Shown here: in pieces, positions 63,771-64,000 of the stretch
Layout of the letters: the number at the start of each line of letters is the position of its first letter
Position numbering within the stretch: position 1 is the stretch's first letter
Source of the DNA: Mobula hypostoma
Taxonomy: Eukaryota
DNA: 64,000 bases
NCBI RefSeq assembly: GCF_963921235.1
Contig: NC_086107.1
Span: 99,636,001-99,700,000 of the forward strand
Direction of reading: 5' to 3'
The notes under the pieces: model-generated
Database searches by the model: none
Seen by the model: the letters and a program-made list of their open reading frames with translations, nothing else
Told to the model about the DNA's origin: nothing
Made by a program: the position numbers and the translations under genes

Positions 63771-64000
63771 ATTGCCAGTCCAGTAGCCTAACCAGCACAT
63801 CACCATCCAGATAGGGCATATTGCTATTCCCTTCCCATCAACTCTACTCTCCCATCTCTCTGCTGTCTATCTGATCGTCTGAAACTATCCCACCCCATAT
63901 CCTCAGATTCCTAAAGCTTGTCTGCTTCCACCTTCTTTCTTTCCCCCCATCAATGTCTTGTTCACTGGAATGTGTTTTGAAGGAGGGAAATCATTGGATG

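Noticed and set aside
60634..64000. Further serhl exons
   Set aside because: No convincing phase-2 exon matching the expected continuation was found; the gene probably continues past the window.

Overview
Vertebrate genomic DNA, very repeat-rich. The repeat mix (CR1/HER1-like LINEs, HE1/V-SINE-like SINEs, Penelope, Rex1/Babar, L1, Tc1) suggests a cartilaginous fish, probably a ray; this is inference. The one host gene I can support is a serine hydrolase-like alpha/beta-hydrolase (SERHL/SERHL2) on the + strand. It has seven coding exons from 39714 to 60633, all with GT-AG borders and matching phases, and it continues beyond the window. A probable CCAAT/GC-box promoter and first exon lie near 34.2-34.36 kb. 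Bases 1-5555 are a 20-bp minisatellite with higher-order structure. The rest is mostly nested transposons: a full-length, nearly intact antisense L1 with an 18-bp TSD in a serhl intron; an inverted (fold-back) Penelope element; many Penelope termini carrying minimal hammerhead-ribozyme motifs, several as short palindromic mini-elements; four solo LTRs with TSDs; and TE ends that appear to supply serhl splice-acceptor signals. Most ORFs in the supplied track are TE remnants or repeat artefacts. All family assignments come from recalled motifs, not database searches.
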